From: Callorhinchus milii
Lineage: Eukaryota
Direction: 5' to 3'
Assembly: GCF_018977255.1 (NCBI RefSeq)
Contig: NW_024704743.1
Coordinates: 86,740,001-86,804,000 of the forward strand
Length of the DNA: 64,000 nt
Shown here: piece after piece, positions 59,034-64,000 of the stretch
Layout of the letters: every line of letters starts with the position of its first letter
Position numbering within the stretch: position 1 is the stretch's first letter
Program-made: the position numbers and the translations under genes
The notes under the pieces: model-generated
Database searches by the model: none
Told to the model about the DNA's origin: nothing
The model's input: only the letters and a program-made list of their open reading frames with translations

Positions 59034-59408
59034 GGAGTCCTGTAGCTCAGTGGTTAGAGCACTCACCTCACAAGCGAGAGACCTGGGTTCTATTCCCAGC
59101 AGGGCGAAATGTTGGGCAAGTTTCCTTACTCCACATGCCTCTGTTTACCTAGCAGTAAGTAGGAACCCGGTTGTTAGTCGATTGGTGGATCACTTTCGGG
59201 GTTAATAATCTCTCAAAAAAAAAAAAAAATTTGATCACTCAATCCACGACTGTTTGTGGGACACTGCTGTGCGCAATTGGCTGCTGTGTTTCGCCCACAA
59301 ATATACATTCAATTCACTTTGCAGTACATTCTGTGAAGCGCTTTGTGACATCTAGAAAACGTGCAAAGCACTATATCAAATGCAAGGATTATTAGGATTA
59401 TTATTATT
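59034..59408 (+). mobile_element. Young SINE, full length long form (complete CORE-like domain)
   Basis: TTGGGCAAGTTTCCTTACTCCACATGCCTCTGTTTACCTAGCAGTAAGTAGGAACC plus an extra segment absent from short copies. Confidence 0.95.
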
Positions 59409-60991
59409 TTGAACATTAGTAAATATAATAATTCTTGAATTTAACATGTCACCTATAGCATTAAAAGATCTCAAAGTTCTTCACAGGCAATTGCTGTAAA
59501 GTGTAATAAAATGTGTATTTTCAGGCAAAATCTGCAGTTAATTTGCACAGCAATGTTTTATAAACAGCCACAAATAATCTAATAATCTACTGAATAACAC
59601 GCTGCAAATGGTCAGTAAATTTACCACTGATTAAAGAAAAATCACCTTTAAGATGGTGTACTATCATGGTGCCACAGACTGGTGGAATAAAGAGTCATAC
59701 AAATTTGTATTTGTCCATGTAATTTGAACCAGTTCCTAAGTGGTGAAAAGAGTAGAGAAAAGAAACTGCGTCACTGCTTTATCCTATCATATGTGCCTCT
59801 AACTGTTGATTAAAGAGTTGAATTTGTGGAGAGTGTGGGAGCAGATGACTTGACGCCATTTTAGCCAAAGGATAACACACGGTGGAAGGAAGAGGATGAT
59901 TTCAAATGTAAAGGATTTAGAATGTAAAACAGTGGCACCTATTTGAAGGATGAAAAGCAAGGCTGGAAAAATACTAATTTAACTCTTCCATCTGTCCCGT
60001 TGGGAGATTTGCAGGAAGGGAGAAAATCTTTTATCAGCCCCTGGAGAGCTAAACTTCTTTGTGGAGTAAGAACATATTTTAAAAGTAAAATAAAAAAAGC
60101 CATCCTAGCAGCTCTGAATTAGTAAATCAGGTCACTGCTCGCTCGAACTAAAACAAACAGCTGCTTTTTTATTCTGAAAGGACAGTGGGAAGAGACCATT
60201 CTTTCAGAGCTAAGAAATGCTTTGGCCCAAATCTGTCAGTCAGGTTTTAAGGACAAATTTTAACCCTGATTTCTGTACTGGCAACTTATTACTGGCGATA
60301 ATTAAGAATCAAATAGATTAAGGAAAACTACAATTTTATCCCTATAAAGAAAGATGAATGTATTGAAGAGTGTGTTAATGCACTGATATTTTTAGTTGTG
60401 AAATGGTCCGAGCCTCAGAGAATATTTCCAATCCAATCTGACAGCTGGTCTTTGAGTTGAAGACTGGTGAATGGTGTGCAGGACCTAAACAAGTGCATTT
60501 GTAATGAAAGGGAGTGAGGAAGGGTGGGAAACAAAACGAACATTGTTCCTTATGCTTCATGCTTCTTTACATATATAAGAAATGGTGCATCTTCATTGCC
60601 TTTTGAAGATTGCTATCACTGTATGATAAACCATAAGTGACAGTGATTGACAGCCAAGCCAGACTTCTAATTTGCTGATGGGAATCTTCACTATGCAATA
60701 AAGGCACCCAGTTCTACTAAGCACAAACAGCCTTAATTTTGAAATGTAGAGGATCGTAGATCTCACAAGGTAAAGTAACTGGAATTTAAATGAGATGCAA
60801 ATGAACACCTGCATTTCTAAATTCAGATGGACATAATGCAGTATTTCTGATTAACTTCTGACTACAGTTTATTGGTTGCTATAACTGTTATCGTCATTAT
60901 CTTAAAACAATGAGCAATAATAGTTTTGTATTCCATGTGTATTCCAAATGTGCAATATAAATACTAAGCAGCCTGTTGGTGGTCGACTCCT

Positions 60992-61085
60992 GAGGCCTGA
61001 AACTCCATCTCGTTTTAGCTCAAAAGATTATTTTGCCTTAAAATATAAGATTGTGCAGAATTGTGGAAAATTCATGAATTCAGGA
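60992..61085. mobile_element. End fragment of the 24605-24967 MITE family
   Basis: GGCCTGAAACTCCA..TTTGCCTTAAAA..AAGATTGTGCAGAATTGTGGAAAATTC matches the reverse complement of 24895-24966. Confidence 0.6.
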
Positions 61086-62230
61086 TTAATTTGGAAGCCA
61101 TTGCTTCATTGCCCTTAAAAAGAATCAGCTTTGAAATCAAGCCTGGATTCGAGAATTTTTCACAATCTTGGCAATGTTAAATTTTAAGAAAAAGCTAGGT
61201 GATATTTCAGCCAATGGAGATAATTCAAGTTGTGATTTTGGAAAGCACAGAATTTACAATTGTGTAACATTTGCCCAATTCATGTATACCAGTGCTCTCT
61301 TTTCTTCATTCAATACCACTGAACTACAAACTACCAGCTGTTTGGGATATTGTTAGATCCTATAAACACATGTATATTCTGTTACTGTATATACATCAGC
61401 TTAAGTCTGAGACAAAAAAGTAGATGTTAAAAGGAATCGAACAGAATAGAATTAGCAATGGACTTCACAACTATTTTGCATTATCTAGTGTGGTATCTAT
61501 TAATGGTTTTCTTAAGCACAGTTCAATGCTCAGTCTAACAATAGAAATAGATTTTTAAGAACAATTCATGGTGCTCACCAGCACTTTAGACTGTGTGAAG
61601 TATACGGTATGTGTACAATCAAATGGGAATTGTGACATTAAGCCTATCAAAGGCTCGCATGTATTAGACCTTATTGAAACCTTTGGAGGTCTATTAAAAA
61701 GACTAGAGGTCTGCACTGTGCAACAAAGATACTCAGCTCCATTGAGCTCACACAACCTTATTTCTAAATGTTGAGGATTGCAGATCTCACGGGATGAAAT
61801 GTTTAAAAAGGTAATAGGGTCTACAATTTGTGCTCCCCTGCTATATAGGATAGTGACATAAGAAACTGTAATATAAAAGGGAGATTAGAACGAGACAGAA
61901 TAGCTGTAAATTGTTCTCCATATAAAATACTTCTCTCATTTTATGTAGGTTTATTATAACTTGCCTTTCTTCCTGCCTACAGCACAATGCACAGAAATAA
62001 AGGTAAGCAGCTAATTTGGGTTTGACTTACAAATTTGCCACTGCCTCAATCTGCCACTTTATCCTGTGGTTGCTTTCAACGCACGCAATGCCATAGTTAA
62101 ATACATTGCATCTCCTACAATGATGCAGCCCACAATCATCCACCCAAATTTTAAGATAATTACAGGAACACACCATCTATCTACTTGGCCTAATCACCCA
62201 ATTTCCTAAAAAGATTTTTTCAATGCATCT

Positions 62231-62556
62231 ATAATAATAATAATAATAATAATCCTTGCATTTGATATAGCGCTTTTCACGTCGGGAGGACATCCCAAAG
62301 CGCTTCACAGAATAGACTGTAAAGTGAATTGACTGTATATTTGTGGGCAAACGCGGCAGCCAATTGCGCACAGCAATGTCCCACAAACAGTCGTAGATTG
62401 AAAATGACCAATTTATTATTGTTTTTTTTGTTTTGGAGGGATTATTATTAGGCGTGTGGAGTAAGGAAACTTGCCCAAGGTTTCGCCCTGCCTGGAATTG
62501 AACACAGGTCTCTCACTTGCAAAGCGAGTGCTCTAACCACTGAGCTACAGGACTCC
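62231..62556 (-). mobile_element. Young SINE, full length (short form)
   Basis: Near-identical reverse complement of 53782-54106. Confidence 0.96.
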
Positions 62557-62661
62557 ACATCTGTCTTTAAATCTAATTTAAATCTAATCCAAATCTGTCT
62601 TTAAATCTAATAATTATGAACTCTTTTGACAGGAACATGCTCGGTTTCTTTTGTAGTGTGC

Positions 62662-63128
62662 GTCAGCCTGTTCAGTAGTAGCACTCTTGCCTCTGGGTCA
62701 GAAGGTTGCGGATTAAAGCTACACATAGGACTTGGAACTCATATAGTCTAAGCTGACACTCCAATATGGTGATGAGGGATTGCTGCGTTAGTCGGAGGTA
62801 TCTTCCATAGGAACATAGGACAGGAACAGGAGAAGGCCGTTCAGCCCTTCGAGCCTGTTCCGCCATTTAATTAGGTCATGGCTGATCTGAATGAGGCGTC
62901 CCTTGGATGAGGCATTAATCCGAGACCCAGTCCGCCTGTTCAGGTGGATATTAAAAATTTGTCATTGATTTCACGGCAGTCGGTGGTGCATTGCTGTGTG
63001 CAAATTGGTTGCTGGATTCCCTCACAAAAACACAGTCATACCATTTTACAGTATATCCTGTGAAGTGCTTTGCGACATCCTCCTGACATGAAAGATGCTA
63101 TATCAAATGTAAGGATTATTATTATTTT
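62662..63128 (+). mobile_element. Deu-SINE interrupted by an antisense CR1 tail (about 62807-62890)
   Basis: Head and GCTGACACTCC..GGAGGT, then [ATAGGAAC..AGGCCGTTCAGCCCTTCGAGCCTG..CATGGCTGATCTG], then GGATGAGGCATTAATCCGAG..CCTGTTCAGGTGGA and tail. Confidence 0.8.
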
Positions 63129-63319
63129 GTAGTTTCCTTTTCTACAACAGTGTGTTTCACTTATCTATCCATGTTTATTAAAAAAAAGTCTTCTACATAA
63201 GAACAATGTTTCCTGTAATATTTTTTATTACTTTGAACAAATGACCTTCTTGAATTCTGTACATAGCAGAAACGTTTCTCCAAATTCTCCAAACTCTCCA
63301 GTCTCAATCAATTTGGAAT

Positions 63320-63560
63320 TAATAATAATAATAATCTTAACATATGGTACAGAGCCTTTCACGTCGGTAGAATGCCTCAAAGTGTTTCACAGGATTTTCA
63401 GTGAAATCAGTAACTGTGCATTTTGTAGATGAATCCAGTATATGATTCTACATACAGCAATATCTTATAAAATATTCAGGAAGAAGATGGCCAATTTTAT
63501 CTCGGAGACTGTTAGCCAGGTTACCAGGAGAACTTCCCTTCTCTTCTTAAATAATGAGCT
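63320..63560 (-). mobile_element. Degraded SINE 3' part
   Basis: (TAA)n..GCCTTTCACGTCGG..TTCACAGGAT. Confidence 0.6.
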
Positions 63561-64000
63561 GAATTGGTTTGACATTTCGAACTTTAAATTTATTGATGAA
63601 TTTATCAATTATCAAAGCTGAGCAGTGAGGTGATAACATTTATGAAATGATTCCTCGCTAATTGTGCATTCACTTTGGTCAGTTGTAATTTCCATCAACT
63701 ATGCACATCACAGTTCAAAATCTTTACCTTTTTGCTTTAACCCAAAATAAATAATTTAGTTCACGCGGTTTCTCTTGGAGTCCAATTTAAAAGCTCCCTC
63801 CTGAGTTTGCTTCGGCTCACAATGTTCTCAAAGCACAGATAAATCTTCAGGTTGGCCGAATTATACAAGAGTATAGATGTAGTAACACAGTTAAGTTAAC
63901 GTATCAAATATTGATCATATCCCAGGGACTATAAACAAGTGCCATTTGCTGTGAATAGTTCAGGTTATACACATCAGACATCACTATTTATGTCTAATGT

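Overview
64 kb of AT-rich vertebrate non-coding DNA (large intron or gene desert). No recognisable host protein-coding gene, rRNA, true tRNA or CRISPR array. The repeat content points to a cartilaginous fish, most likely a chimaera such as Callorhinchus; this is an inference from repeat types only. A large part of the window is interspersed repeats: (1) young and old L2-clade LINE 3' fragments, including one with the RT YADD motif (51135-52612); (2) a young tRNA-Ala-derived CORE-type SINE that shares the L2 3' stem-loop; (3) older Deu/Nin-domain SINEs; (4) CR1 3' fragments; (5) AmnSINE2-like relics; (6) an internally deleted hAT (Charlie/SPIN/Buster-like) fossil; (7) Tigger-like and Harbinger-like MITEs; (8) an unclassified ~300-bp family in five copies. 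Nearly all ORFs in the track are repeat-derived or chance ORFs. The most notable non-repeat signals are a ~120-nt near-perfect hairpin (53309-53432), a perfect 24-bp palindrome in a repeat-free block (3781-3804), and three minus-strand candidate exons that splice in frame into an unrecognised peptide. I found no convincing evidence of a wholly new biological system. Repeat boundaries were read by eye and are approximate (about +/-20 bp for old copies).
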